This document shows, piece by piece, positions 31,703-42,467 of a stretch of 64,000 bases of DNA. Numbering within the stretch: position 1 is the stretch's first letter; every line of letters begins with the position of its first letter. This stretch comes from Tubiluchus corallicola (lineage: Eukaryota > Animalia > Priapulida): the NCBI GenBank assembly GCA_030141605.1, contig JAQGDQ010000270.1, forward strand, positions 124,001 through 188,000, written 5' to 3'. Under the pieces are notes generated by a model. That model was not told where the DNA came from and did no database searches. It saw only the letters and a list, made by a program, of their open reading frames with translations. Position numbers and translations under genes: made by a program.

Positions 31703-32830
31703 TCAATCGTAGCACTTTATAATATTATACAGGGTGTCCCTTTCTGTAGGAGTATACCCTGCCTGTGATATCATGTTTATCAATTCTTCAGTGGTTGCTG
31801 TCGGGCTTTGTTCATCTGAGCCGGCCATAGAGTATATTTTTGTTGAGTCGTCAATTGTTCCGTCAAGGTCATCAACGCCAAATGACAAAGATAACTGTGC
31901 CACAGTTTTTCCAGTCATAGGCCAGTAGGCTTTTATATGGGGTATATTGTCGAGAAATAATCTGGAAATAGCATAATTCTTCATGTCTTCTGTCAAAGTT
32001 GCTTCGGCCACATGTGAATAAGCGTTGTTATGGTGTTTGAATTTTAGAGGGATAAACGCATTAAATCCGTTTGTTCTGTCTTGTAAGTTACGCAGGCATG
32101 TCATGTGAGCGATGCGTTGTTCATAGTTTTCCAGTAACCCGTAAAGCATAGTGGAGTTGGAGGGAATATCAAGTTTGTGCGCCTCCTCATGAATTTCTAA
32201 CCAACGAAGTGAGCCTATTTTCTCCGGACATATTTTGCGTCGTAATTTTTCATCAAATATTTCAGCGCCTCCTCCGGGAAGAGATCCTACTCCTGCATTT
32301 TTCAACATTGACAGCCCATGCGATAGAGATACATTGGAGATATTTATCATGTGGTCTATCTCTACAGCCGTAAATGCTTTTATGTGAACATCAGGCAGGG
32401 CTGATTTAATTTTGCCAATGAGTTCTGTATAGAAGTGTATGTCGCGTTCGGGGTGAACACCTCCAACTATGTGAACCTCACTTACATTTGTTCCGACATA
32501 TTTTTCAGCTTTCAATAGTATGTCATCTATATCTGACTCCCAACTCCCTTTTTCTCCTTTTTCGCGACGAAAAGAGCAAAAAGAGCACCTGTTGAGACAT
32601 ATATTGGTCGGCTCGATATGAAAATTGCGATTAAAAAAAGCGTTATTGTCGTTTATTTTTTTCCTGGTATAACTTGACAGAATTGATAGAAAAGGCAGAT
32701 CTCCTTCCAGGTAAAGCAGCAGAGCATCCTCTTCCGTTATCCTTTTACCCTTCAGCGTCTTTTTTGCAACATCCATAAGGCCGGGAGTACTTACATGTTG
32801 CTCCAGTAGTGGAAGCAGGTAGTTTGTCAT
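31703..32830 (-). CDS. mqnE: CofH/MqnC-family radical SAM enzyme, most like aminofutalosine synthase MqnE
   Basis: TNICLNRCSFCSF, EVHIVGG, PGGGAEIF, FIPLKF and HIKAYW motifs. Confidence 0.8.
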   Translation of the reverse strand: MTNYLLPLLEQHVSTPGLMDVAKKTLKGKRITEEDALLLYLEGDLPFLSILSSYTRKKINDNNAFFNRNFHIEPTNICLNRCSFCSFRREKGEKGSWESDIDDILLKAEKYVGTNVSEVHIVGGVHPERDIHFYTELIGKIKSALPDVHIKAFTAVEIDHMINISNVSLSHGLSMLKNAGVGSLPGGGAEIFDEKLRRKICPEKIGSLRWLEIHEEAHKLDIPSNSTMLYGLLENYEQRIAHMTCLRNLQDRTNGFNAFIPLKFKHHNNAYSHVAEATLTEDMKNYAISRLFLDNIPHIKAYWPMTGKTVAQLSLSFGVDDLDGTIDDSTKIYSMAGSDEQSPTATTEELINMISQAGYTPTERDTLYNIIKCYD

Positions 32831-32899
32831 TGCGCCAGGTGAAAATTTATAATATTACAACCCCTTTTTGTATGGTTCTGTACTTTCCTGTGAAACCAC

Positions 32900-32932
32900 A
32901 AAAGGTAAAGAACATTCTGCCCCTTACCTTTT
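32900..32932 (-). terminator. hairpin downstream of rpmH
   Basis: AAAAGGTAA...TTACCTTTT inverted repeat. Confidence 0.5.
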
Positions 32933-32963
32933 ATTGTAAAACTGTATGACTATTTCTTTTTGC

Positions 32964-33122
32964 CTATCTCTTATGGCGCGACTCATCGGAAACGGTCAAT
33001 TTTTTGCGTCCTTTTGCACGACGGGATTTTAGCACCTTACGGCCACCCACTGTAGACATTCTGTCGCGAAACCCGTGCTTGTTTCTTCTTTTTCTATTAC
33101 TTGGTTGAAATGTCCGTTTCAT
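32964..33122 (-). CDS. rpmH: 50S ribosomal protein L34, 52 aa
   Basis: Hand translation [52 protein letters not shown]; not in the ORF track. Confidence 0.97.
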   Translation of the reverse strand: MKRTFQPSNRKRRNKHGFRDRMSTVGGRKVLKSRRAKGRKKLTVSDESRHKR

Positions 33123-33642
33123 ATCCTTATGTTTCCCAATTAATACTTTTAACTATAAACCTGCGCGATCTTAATCTTTAAAATCACAAACTGCCAAGTT
33201 GCAAAAATAAGTTTTTTTTTTGTAGGTGCAAATGTTATAACCTGCCAGTTGGATATTATAAGTTTAGCCACTCCTCAGCCTGTTAAAGAAATAACAGGAT
33301 TTTGAAGAGGTGAGGATGCCAAAAAGCACGTTATATAAGGGCTTTACAAGATATAACTTTTGATTCGGATTGAGAAAATTCAATGGTGAACCACCCTTTG
33401 TCGAAGCAAATGGGAGTTTTGAAAAAAATATTTAATAAAAGGGTGAGTTCTGTAAAGAGTTCATTCCAATTTTTGATCGATTTTACCTTATAATTACCTG
33501 CTTACTGTTCTTTTGGAGAACGTATCAATTCTTTTTACTTTTGGCATATCTGAATTTTGGCTACAGTGTAATTTACATGGCAAGTGATTGGCCAATTGAT
33601 GCACTGTTGCTGTAGGTTGTAATTTTTAAAGCAATAGATCAA

Positions 33643-34575
33643 ATGAAGCTAAATCGTCGTTCGTTTTTGTCATCTGCTGCCTTGGGGGCAGGAGCAGTTG
33701 CACTTCCTTCAATGAAACCTGCAAGCCCTTTGGTACCACTAAAAAAACGTACAAAGTTTGCCGTTTCCACGTATTCTTATTGGCATTTTCGTGATCCCAA
33801 GGTTTCGATTGAAACGGTAATAGATAAGGCCTCAGAGTATGGGTTGGAGGGTGTAGATATTCTTCATCGCCAGATGGATGGTGAGGATAATGCTTATTTG
33901 CAGGGGTTGAAGAGGCACGCTTTTGTAAATGGAGTAGACCTGGTTTCTCTTTCTATTCATCAGGACTTTGTGTCGCCTGATCCGGAAGAGTTGAAGAGAC
34001 ATATTGATCATACGATAAGGTGTATAGAGTTGGCGTACAAAATGGGCATTCCATGCATCAGGCTGAATTCAGGCAGGTGGGGAACCCGCAGCTCTTTTAA
34101 TGACCTGATGGCGCATCGCGGTATTGAAGACCCGATTCCCGGTTATACGGAGGACGATGCTTTTAAGTGGTGTATTGACAGTATTGAGAAGTGTCTGCCT
34201 AAAGCAAAAGAGTGTGGGGTTATCCTTGCTTTAGAGAACCATTGGGGGCTATCATCAACACCAGAGGGGATGCTTCGTATTAAAAGTGCTATTGATTCGC
34301 CGTGGCTAGGTTTTCTCTTAGATACGGGTAATTTTTTGGAAGATCCGTACGACAAGCTGGAGATGATAGCGCCACAGGCTGTGTTTGTTCAGGCAAAAAC
34401 CTATTATGGTGGTGGAGAGTGGTACACCCTTGATTTAGATTATAAGCGTATTGCGGGAATTCTTTCGGATGCCGGCTTTAATGGGTATGTGTCTCTTGAG
34501 TTTGAGGGAAAGGCCCCGGCAGATGAGGGTGTGCCTAAAAGTATAAAAATGCTGAGAAAGGCATTTGGTAGTTAA
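33643..34575 (+). CDS. Tat-exported sugar phosphate isomerase/epimerase (xylose-isomerase-like TIM barrel)
   Basis: NRRSFL Tat motif; ALENH, LDTGNF and SLEFEG motifs. Confidence 0.85.
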   Translation: MKLNRRSFLSSAALGAGAVALPSMKPASPLVPLKKRTKFAVSTYSYWHFRDPKVSIETVIDKASEYGLEGVDILHRQMDGEDNAYLQGLKRHAFVNGVDLVSLSIHQDFVSPDPEELKRHIDHTIRCIELAYKMGIPCIRLNSGRWGTRSSFNDLMAHRGIEDPIPGYTEDDAFKWCIDSIEKCLPKAKECGVILALENHWGLSSTPEGMLRIKSAIDSPWLGFLLDTGNFLEDPYDKLEMIAPQAVFVQAKTYYGGGEWYTLDLDYKRIAGILSDAGFNGYVSLEFEGKAPADEGVPKSIKMLRKAFGS

Positions 34576-34627
34576 AGGCAGAGGAGTAACTTTGCAGCCA
34601 GTTTTTATTTAATAGTTATACCGTGCT

Positions 34628-36592
34628 ATGGCAGAAGAAAATATAAATATATTGAATGATTTTCCTCCTGTTTCAACTAAGGAGTGGGAGGACAAAATAG
34701 CCTCTGACCTAAAGGGTAAGGATTATGAGAGAGCTCTTGTATGGAAAACAAACGAGGGGTTTAATGTGCACCCTTATTATAGAAGAGGGGATATTGAAAA
34801 GGTGGGAGATACTAATGCTCACTCAGGAGAGCCCTCATATTTGTGTGACAGCAACAAAAGTGGTAACGCTTGGCTGATAAGGCAGGATATTATGGTTGAA
34901 GATGTTGCCACTGCGAATAAGAAGGCAGCTGCTCTTTTAGACAAGGGTGTTAATTCACTGGGATTTGTGTTTGAAGGGTGCTCAAAGCTTACCATTCGCG
35001 ATCTTGATATTTTGCTTAGTGGCATTTGTCTTGAGGCTGTTGAGGTGAATTTGGTGTGTAATTGTGTCAATTTATTGTATGCCAGAGTTTTTGCTGAGTA
35101 TATAAGGAAAAATAGCTCTGATAAGTCCAAAGTTAAGGCTTCTGTGAGTGTTGATCCTATTAGCGATTTTATGCTGACCGGCAGGTTTTATTCAGATGAG
35201 GGGGCGGTTTTTTCAGATGTGAAGAGTCTGGTGGAGGATACTTCCGATATTATTGGGATGAGTACGATCTCTGTAGCGGGGAAAAATTTCAGTAATGCAG
35301 GTTCCTCTATTGTACAGGAGCTGGCGTTTTCACTTGCTATGGGGGTAGAGTACCTTACCAACATTACGGATGCGGGTGTTGATGCAGGTATTGTTGCTCC
35401 CAAGATGCGTTTTAACCTGGGGGTTAGCAGTAATTATTTTATGGAGTTGGCAAAGCTGCGTGCGGGGAGGATGTTGTGGGCTCGGATTGTGGGAGCATTT
35501 AAGCCAAAATGCAACTGTCCTGAGTGGTGCTGTGCGAAGGAGAAGTGTTGTGATGGGGAGGTGTGCCGGTGTGCCGGTAAAATGCATATCCATTCCGAAA
35601 CTTCGGTGTGGAACAAGACTGTGTATGATCCATATGTCAACATGCTAAGAACACAGACGGAGGCTATGTCGGCTTCTTTAGGCGGGACCAACTCTTTGAC
35701 GGTGTTGCCATTCAATGTTACTTATGAGGATCCTACCGAGTTTTCCGAGCGTATAGCACGCAATCAGCAGATATTGCTAAAAGAGGAGTCCCATTTTGAT
35801 AAGGTTGCCGACCCGGCAGCAGGGTCATATTATATAGAGTTCCTTACTACATCAATTGCGAAAGAGGCCTGGGAGCTGTTTATGAAGGTGCAGGATAAGG
35901 GCGGTTTTATCGCTGCTTTTTATGAAGGTTTTATTCAGTCTGAGATAGGTTCCATGGCTGAAAAAAGACGTAATAATGTGGCTACGAGAAAGGAGAATTT
36001 ACTGGGTGTGAATCAATTTCCTGATTTTACGGAATATATTGATAGTGAGGTTAACTCACAGCTATTTGAAGTAGAGGAGAGGGCTGTGGAGGGAGCAAAG
36101 GCTGAGACTTTGAAGCTTTTCCGTGGTGCCAGAGATTTGGAAGCGCTGCGATATGCGACAGATAGGCACGCCAGAGATAATAAGCGCCCGGTAGCCTTTA
36201 TGCTTACCATAGGCAATTTGGCTATGCGCAAGGCGAGGGCTCAGTTTTCATGTAACTTTTTTGCTGTTGCAGGCTATAAGGTTATTGATAATAATGGGTT
36301 TAAAACAGTGGGGGAGGGTGTTGAGGCAGCCAAAGCTGCAAGTGCGGATATAGTTGTAATGTGCAGCTCCGATGATGAATACGCCAGTTTGGCGCCTGCC
36401 GCTTTTGAGCAGCTGGGGAGCGATGTAGTGTTTGTGGTAGCAGGAGCGCCTGCCTGTGCTGGCGATCTCAAATCTGTTGGTGTTGAGAACTTTATTAATG
36501 TAAAGACAAATTTGCTGAGTGCACTGAAAGAGTACAATGCAAAGCTAGGGGTGAAAATAAAAGACTGTTGTAAAAGCGGGGAAGGTTGTTGA
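34628..36592 (+). CDS. mutA: methylmalonyl-CoA mutase small subunit
   Basis: DPYVNMLRTQTE, RIARNQQ, DPAAGSYYIE and CSSDDEY motifs; lies upstream of the large subunit. Confidence 0.92.
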   Translation: MAEENINILNDFPPVSTKEWEDKIASDLKGKDYERALVWKTNEGFNVHPYYRRGDIEKVGDTNAHSGEPSYLCDSNKSGNAWLIRQDIMVEDVATANKKAAALLDKGVNSLGFVFEGCSKLTIRDLDILLSGICLEAVEVNLVCNCVNLLYARVFAEYIRKNSSDKSKVKASVSVDPISDFMLTGRFYSDEGAVFSDVKSLVEDTSDIIGMSTISVAGKNFSNAGSSIVQELAFSLAMGVEYLTNITDAGVDAGIVAPKMRFNLGVSSNYFMELAKLRAGRMLWARIVGAFKPKCNCPEWCCAKEKCCDGEVCRCAGKMHIHSETSVWNKTVYDPYVNMLRTQTEAMSASLGGTNSLTVLPFNVTYEDPTEFSERIARNQQILLKEESHFDKVADPAAGSYYIEFLTTSIAKEAWELFMKVQDKGGFIAAFYEGFIQSEIGSMAEKRRNNVATRKENLLGVNQFPDFTEYIDSEVNSQLFEVEERAVEGAKAETLKLFRGARDLEALRYATDRHARDNKRPVAFMLTIGNLAMRKARAQFSCNFFAVAGYKVIDNNGFKTVGEGVEAAKAASADIVVMCSSDDEYASLAPAAFEQLGSDVVFVVAGAPACAGDLKSVGVENFINVKTNLLSALKEYNAKLGVKIKDCCKSGEGC

Positions 36593-36621
36593 AATTAACT
36601 TTTTAAATTGAATAGAGATTC

Positions 36622-38769
36622 ATGAGTCCAAACTTTAAAGATATAGATATTGATGCGTATATAAAAGCACACTGTTCGACAGCTAGATGTGGTGAGAGTG
36701 GAGATGGGCAAAGCTGGGTAACACCGGAGCAAATTCCTGTAAATAGTGCTTACTCGAAGAAAGATATTGAGGGTATAGAGCATCTTGACTATGCGGCGGG
36801 GTTGCCTCCTTTTCTTCGCGGCCCTTATTCTGCAATGTACGCTATGCGTCCGTGGACAGTGCGCCAATATGCTGGTTTTTCCACAGCCGAAGAGTCAAAC
36901 GCATTTTATCGTCGTAATCTTGCAGCAGGACAGAAGGGGCTGTCTGTTGCATTTGACTTGGCTACTCACCGTGGGTATGATTCTGATCACCCCCGTGTTA
37001 TTGGGGATGTAGGGAAGGCGGGTGTTGCCATTGATTCGATTCTGGACATGAAAGTTCTTTTCGATCAGATTCCTCTGGACAAGATGTCTGTTTCCATGAC
37101 GATGAACGGAGCGGTGTTGCCTGTAATGGCGTTTTATATCGTTACTGCTCTTGAGCAGGGAGCAACAATGGAGCAGCTTGCCGGCACTATCCAAAATGAT
37201 ATTTTAAAGGAGTTCATGGTGCGCAACACATATATATACCCACCGGAATTCTCAATGAAGATTATTGCCGATATATTTGAGTTTACCTCTAAACATATGC
37301 CCCGGTTCAATTCTATATCTATTTCCGGCTACCATATGCAGGAAGCAGGAGCAACAGCTGATATTGAGATGGCATATACTTTGGCAGATGGGCTGGATTA
37401 TATCCGCACAGGTATCAAAGCCGGCCTGGATGTAGATGCTTTTGCCCCCAGGCTATCATTTTTTTGGGCTGTTGGGATGAACCACTTTATGGAGATTGCA
37501 AAGATGCGTGCGGCACGTATGGTTTGGGCCAAACTGGTGAAGCAGTTTAATCCCAAGAATACCAAATCTATGGCGTTGCGTACTCATTCGCAGACATCAG
37601 GGTGGTCGCTTACAGAGCAGGACCCTTTCAATAATGTGGGGCGCACCTGTATTGAAGCGATGGGTGCGGTGCTGGGGCACACGCAGTCGTTACATACTAA
37701 CGCGCTTGATGAGGCCATTGCCCTTCCAACCGATTTTTCCGCCCGTATTGCGAGAAACACACAGTTATATATTCAGCAGGAGACAGAGGTTTGCCGCTCT
37801 CTTGATCCATGGGCAGGCTCATATTATGTTGAGTCTCTCACAAAAGAGCTGGCAGATAAAGCGTGGAAGCTTATTGGAGAGGTTGAGGAGCTTGGAGGCA
37901 TGGCTAAGGCTATTGAGACGGGAGTTCCCAAGATGCGTATTGAAGAGGCTGCCGCTCGTGCACAGGGGCGCATTGATTCCCGTTCTCAGACAATTGTGGG
38001 GGTTAATAAGTATTGTCTGGAAAAAGAGGATCCTATAGATATACTTGAAATTGATAATACATCTGTTCGCCAGGCTCAGCTTGAGCGCTTGAAGAAGCTT
38101 CGGACAGAGCGTAATGAGGAGGAGGCACAGGCAGCAATTAAAGCGATTGAGAAATGTGCTGCTTCAGGCAAAGGGAACTTGCTTGAGCTTGCAGTTGAAG
38201 CGGCAAAGAAGCGCGCCTCTTTAGGGGAAATTTCATATGCCTGTGAGAAGTCGGCAGGGCGTTATAAAGCAATAATAAGAACTATTTCAGGAGTGTATTC
38301 ATCAGAGACAAGTAAAGGTAAAGAGTTTAAGGAGGTTGTTAAGCTTGTTAAGCAGTTTGCTGATAAAGAGGGTAGGCAGCCACGTATTATGATTGCTAAA
38401 ATGGGACAGGATGGACATGATCGTGGCGCAAAAGTTGTGGCGACCGGTTATGCAGATCTAGGTTTTGATGTTGATATGGGTCCCCTGTTTCAAACACCTG
38501 AGGAGGCTGCTAAGCAGGCAGTGGAAAATGATGTTCATGTGATGGGAATATCTTCTCTTGCAGCGGGGCATAAAACGCTTGTGCCTGCCGCTATTGCAGA
38601 GCTTAAAAAGCTTGGGCGTGAGGATATAATGATAGTAGTTGGCGGTGTTATACCTCCTCAGGACTACCAGAGTCTTTATGACGCGGGAGTTGTTGCTATT
38701 TTTGGACCCGGAGCATCTATTGTTGAAGCGGGAAGGAAAATATTGAAGATATTGCTGGCAACGTATTAA
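36622..38769 (+). CDS. scpA: methylmalonyl-CoA mutase large subunit
   Basis: [18 protein letters not shown] and [11 protein letters not shown]12-binding motif. Confidence 0.97.
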   Translation: MSPNFKDIDIDAYIKAHCSTARCGESGDGQSWVTPEQIPVNSAYSKKDIEGIEHLDYAAGLPPFLRGPYSAMYAMRPWTVRQYAGFSTAEESNAFYRRNLAAGQKGLSVAFDLATHRGYDSDHPRVIGDVGKAGVAIDSILDMKVLFDQIPLDKMSVSMTMNGAVLPVMAFYIVTALEQGATMEQLAGTIQNDILKEFMVRNTYIYPPEFSMKIIADIFEFTSKHMPRFNSISISGYHMQEAGATADIEMAYTLADGLDYIRTGIKAGLDVDAFAPRLSFFWAVGMNHFMEIAKMRAARMVWAKLVKQFNPKNTKSMALRTHSQTSGWSLTEQDPFNNVGRTCIEAMGAVLGHTQSLHTNALDEAIALPTDFSARIARNTQLYIQQETEVCRSLDPWAGSYYVESLTKELADKAWKLIGEVEELGGMAKAIETGVPKMRIEEAAARAQGRIDSRSQTIVGVNKYCLEKEDPIDILEIDNTSVRQAQLERLKKLRTERNEEEAQAAIKAIEKCAASGKGNLLELAVEAAKKRASLGEISYACEKSAGRYKAIIRTISGVYSSETSKGKEFKEVVKLVKQFADKEGRQPRIMIAKMGQDGHDRGAKVVATGYADLGFDVDMGPLFQTPEEAAKQAVENDVHVMGISSLAAGHKTLVPAAIAELKKLGREDIMIVVGGVIPPQDYQSLYDAGVVAIFGPGASIVEAGRKILKILLATY

Positions 38770-38815
38770 GTTATATAATCAAGTAGTTTTAGAGTAGTAA
38801 CAAGCGTAAAGCGAA

Positions 38816-39658
38816 CTACCTTATCAGGCTATAAAGCAGCTCAATCTCTTTTGCCCATATTGAGTCATCAGGCGTTTCAAGTATGATAGGTATGTCATCA
38901 AAGTGCGGATTATTCATAATGCGCTCAAAAGTGCCCATCCCTAAAAATCCTTTACCTATGCTTTCATGTCTATCAACACGGGAGCCCAACTCTTTTTTTG
39001 AGTCGTTGAGGTGTATGCCTTTTAGATATTTGTATCCGATTAAGTTATCAAACAGCTCAAAGGTGCTTTCAAATCCATCCTCGCTTGCAATATCATATCC
39101 GGCGGTGTAGGTGTGACATGTGTCAACACATACACCCACTCTCTCCTTATCTTTAACCTGCTCTATTATGGCGGCAATCTGCTCAAATGAAAATCCCATA
39201 TTACTACCTTGCCCTGCAGTGTTTTCAATTACGGCAGTAACACTACTACTATTCTCCAGAGCGATATTTATCGATTGTGCTATAGTTGAAAGGCACTCTT
39301 CAGTAGAGATCTTTTTCAAATGGCTGCCTGGATGAAAGTTTAGCATTTCAAGTCCAAGTAGTTCACACCTTTTTATTTCATCCAAAAATGCCGCTCTGGA
39401 TTTATTTAATCCTTCACTTTCAGGATGCCCTAGGTTTATAAGGTAACTGTCGTGTGGGAGGATATGTCTTGGCTCATATCCAAATTTCTTACAGTTTTCT
39501 TTGAATAGCCTGACACTTTCCTCTTCGAGGGGCTTGGATGCCCATTGTCGTTGATTTTTTGTGAAGAGCGCAAATGCTTTTGCTCCTATTGCTTTTGCAT
39601 TTAAAGGTGCGTTTTCTACGCCTCCTGAGATGCTTACGTGGGCCCCTATATACTTCAT
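38816..39658 (-). CDS. nfo: endonuclease IV
   Basis: [30 protein letters not shown] and DRH motifs. Confidence 0.96.
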   Translation of the reverse strand: MKYIGAHVSISGGVENAPLNAKAIGAKAFALFTKNQRQWASKPLEEESVRLFKENCKKFGYEPRHILPHDSYLINLGHPESEGLNKSRAAFLDEIKRCELLGLEMLNFHPGSHLKKISTEECLSTIAQSINIALENSSSVTAVIENTAGQGSNMGFSFEQIAAIIEQVKDKERVGVCVDTCHTYTAGYDIASEDGFESTFELFDNLIGYKYLKGIHLNDSKKELGSRVDRHESIGKGFLGMGTFERIMNNPHFDDIPIILETPDDSIWAKEIELLYSLIR

Positions 39659-40259
39659 ATAATACAGATATTAAGGATTTTGCAAAACCTGTTTTTTACT
39701 AATATTTTTGCCAAAATCCTCATTTACACCAGCAAACTGCTGTTTATAGTCGAATTTTGTAATTACTGTTCCTCCAAAAATACAGATAAGGGAGAATATA
39801 GCTTTCTTTTTTGCACTTTATTTCAGTTATAAAGTGCATGTGAATCCTACTCTTTTCACTAACGTTTTAGTTGGAAACATTTTTCCAAATCTTTATTTAT
39901 ACCAGTACACTTTTACTTTACCAGGTTTTTTCTCAATACTAACCGAAATCTTTTGCCTCGAAATGCTTTGTAGTAAAAATTGGGACCTTCGTAAAATTCA
40001 TCTTTTTATTAATACTTTTATCAAAAATATATTCAAAATTCTCATTTGTGTCAAAAGAGCGTGGTTTTTCATTGAATTTTTCCTCAGTCTGAGTCAAAAT
40101 ATTTTACTTTGTAAAGATTTCAAGTTGTGATCACAGATATCTGTATTTTTACAACAGATTACGTATAGATAGGCTTGATGATGAAAAGTGGCTGCGCCCT
40201 CTACTATTTTAGTTGGGTATAGCTCAATAAAATATACATAAACAGTTATAGAGTGTGTA

Positions 40260-40607
40260 ATGGGAAAAGAAAGGGGTAAAAAAGGCAGGATTGGAGTAGT
40301 GTATTCAACAAATGACAACTTCGATTATACTTATACCGGGGATGACAGTCGGATAGAGTCTGTACCTCCATCCGGACAAAACTTGAAAGTGACTCTTGAC
40401 AGAAAGCGGCGCAGAGGGAAGTCCGTAACTATTGTTTCGGGGTTTATAGGAGATGAGAATGAATTAAAAGGGCTATGTAAGAAATTAAAAAGTAGTTGTG
40501 GTGTTGGAGGAAGTGTTAAGGATGGGGAAGCTATCATACAGGGAGACTGTAGGGACCAAGTGCTTGCAATGCTGATAAGAGACGGCTACAAGGCGAGAAA
40601 AGTATAA
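40260..40607 (+). CDS. translation initiation factor SUI1/YciH
   Basis: VYST, RRGKSVT, LKSSCGVGGSVK and IQGD motifs. Confidence 0.9.
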   Translation: MGKERGKKGRIGVVYSTNDNFDYTYTGDDSRIESVPPSGQNLKVTLDRKRRRGKSVTIVSGFIGDENELKGLCKKLKSSCGVGGSVKDGEAIIQGDCRDQVLAMLIRDGYKARKV

Positions 40608-40785
40608 GGGTAAGTATGTTCTTCCTCACACGTTGAGATCATTGCAAAGCTCATCTTTTTATTAAATATTCTCTTCAAAACTTTCATTTGTGCCGATATA
40701 GTATTTTTATATTTACTACTTTACTGTTGCCTCCTAGAGCTTTAACTTTGTTTTTACTTATTTTGTAATTTTTTAACAAACAATG

Positions 40786-40818
40786 TTTGTGAAGCAGCAT
40801 TTAAAACCACTATATTTG
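40786..40818 (+). promoter_or_regulatory. Bacteroidota primary-sigma promoter TTTG-N21-TATATTTG
   Basis: Matches the -33 TTTG / -7 TAnnTTTG consensus; no ORF lies between it and the terminator. Confidence 0.65.
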
Positions 40819-40822
40819 TCTT

Positions 40823-40904
40823 ACATTTTTTTCATAAGTTTAGGTTTAGTTAGGTTAGTTTTAGTGAAAGGATGGATTCGCCCGAATCTGTCCTTTTTCT
40901 TTTT
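40823..40904 (+). ncRNA. candidate ~80-nt small RNA
   Basis: Promoter, then TTTTTTTCATAAGTTTAGGTTTAGTTAGGTTAG, then an intrinsic terminator. Confidence 0.55.
40867..40904 (+). terminator. intrinsic terminator
   Basis: AAAGGATGGATTC-gccc-GAATCTGTCCTTT stem followed by a T-rich tract. Confidence 0.75.
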
Positions 40905-41206
40905 CACAACAATCTATTTGGCTGATAAAGAGGCATAAAGTGTGTTGATCTCATCTCTTTACAGGTAATAAATAGTGCAAAGGTTTTGTACAGAGTCGGG
41001 GAGGATGATTGAAAAGAACCTTATGAAAAATTGGATAAACAAGGATTCTTAAGAGAATCTTTATAAGAAGTAACAAATAAAAGGTCTATTTTGCAAGGTG
41101 TATTAAAACATATAGTTGATAGCCGGAGTTATTTGTAATCGTTAAAATTCGGCATCATTATCTCTTGGACACTCTTTTTGCGGAGGCCTCAATATTTTTG
41201 ATAATT

Positions 41207-41617
41207 ATGGGAGCTTATATATCGGCGACACCTCTTTATAAAAAGCTTGGTATAAAAAGTGATTCAACCATTTTGGTATTAAATTCTCCAAAGGAATATG
41301 TCGGTTTTTTCTCGGACTTTCCCGCTAACGTAATAATATGTGAAAGCAGCGAAACCGAGCAGGTTGAATTTATTCATATTTTTGCTAAGACCATTAAAGA
41401 GCTGAAGCATCATTTCACATTGGCAAAGTCGAAATTGAAAAAAAGCGGGGCCTTATGGATTAGCTGGCCTAAGAAAGCCTCTGGGGTGGAGTCTGAGCTT
41501 GATAAGTTTATAGTTATGAGGTATGGACTTGATAGTGGCTTAGTTGATACAAAAATTGCTTCCGTTGACAAAGAGTGGAGCGGGTGCAAGTTTGCATACA
41601 GGTTAGAAGACAGATAA
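41207..41617 (+). CDS. DUF3052-like protein
   Basis: TPLYKKLGIK and WISWPKKASGV...GLVD.K motifs. Confidence 0.7.
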   Translation: MGAYISATPLYKKLGIKSDSTILVLNSPKEYVGFFSDFPANVIICESSETEQVEFIHIFAKTIKELKHHFTLAKSKLKKSGALWISWPKKASGVESELDKFIVMRYGLDSGLVDTKIASVDKEWSGCKFAYRLEDR

Positions 41618-41630
41618 ATACCTGTACGAG

Positions 41631-42176
41631 CTACTTCATCAGATCGCGGATCTTCTTTTCCTGATCACTGTTCCAGTAGCCGCAGTCGAGCCTTAGGAAG
41701 ACTGAAGTGTACGGAATAGTAAGCTCTGTTTTGACCACCAGGATATTAAAGATTTCAGCTGCTTCATCTATGTTTGCAATCAGTTCCTCATGCAGTAGCT
41801 TTGTTATATCTTTCCCCTCTAGTAACGAATAGAGCCCTTTTTTATAAGCTTCCATCCCTTTGGCTTCTGATTCGGGTACAAAGTCTATCTCACGGTCAAG
41901 GAAAATCTCCGGAGATATGTGTTGCGCCTTGTCCACTACTCTCAGAACCTCCCGGATAACATCCAGGTGCTTTTCTTTGGCTGTAATGGTTTTAATGGCG
42001 GGCTTACTTTGGAGTGGGTATGCGGCATCAACTACTAAAATCCAGTTGCGATGGCCTAAGAATGGTAGTTGTTTAGCTAGTTCATCTCTCCAATCGGAGT
42101 CGTTTGATTGTGCTAGTAAGTTTGCTGAAGGTGTTGATAATAAAATGATTAATGGTAGAAGTTTTAGTTTTGCCAT
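41631..42176 (-). CDS. RbsD/FucU-like sugar mutarotase-fold protein with signal peptide
   Basis: LGHRNWILVVDAAYP and TIPYTSVF motifs; Sec-type N-terminus. Confidence 0.65.
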   Translation of the reverse strand: MAKLKLLPLIILLSTPSANLLAQSNDSDWRDELAKQLPFLGHRNWILVVDAAYPLQSKPAIKTITAKEKHLDVIREVLRVVDKAQHISPEIFLDREIDFVPESEAKGMEAYKKGLYSLLEGKDITKLLHEELIANIDEAAEIFNILVVKTELTIPYTSVFLRLDCGYWNSDQEKKIRDLMK

Positions 42177-42467
42177 TCTCTGTTTGTTTATAGTGTTCTC
42201 TATTTCTAGGTCAACAAATTGTTTAAATCAAATTCTGCTTATTATTCACTTTTAAGCTACCTTTTTTGTTTTATTCAAGCATCTCCTGACCGGTATTTGA
42301 TTGCTAATTTCCTGATGTTTTCTTTTCTGGATGTAAAAGTAAGAATAGTTTTTTAGTTGCTGGTGTGAATCCAGATCTGTGTTCAGGTAAATATTTTCAT
42401 ATTTGATGCTTTTCCTTCAGCCTGAATCGAAACGTTTATTTTGTAAATGTTTTTTGTGGTGATTGAT

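Noticed and set aside
39638-40318. Short hydrophobic ORFs between nfo and SUI1
   Set aside because: AT-rich intergenic DNA with repeat-family copies, non-ATG or unconvincing starts and no motifs.
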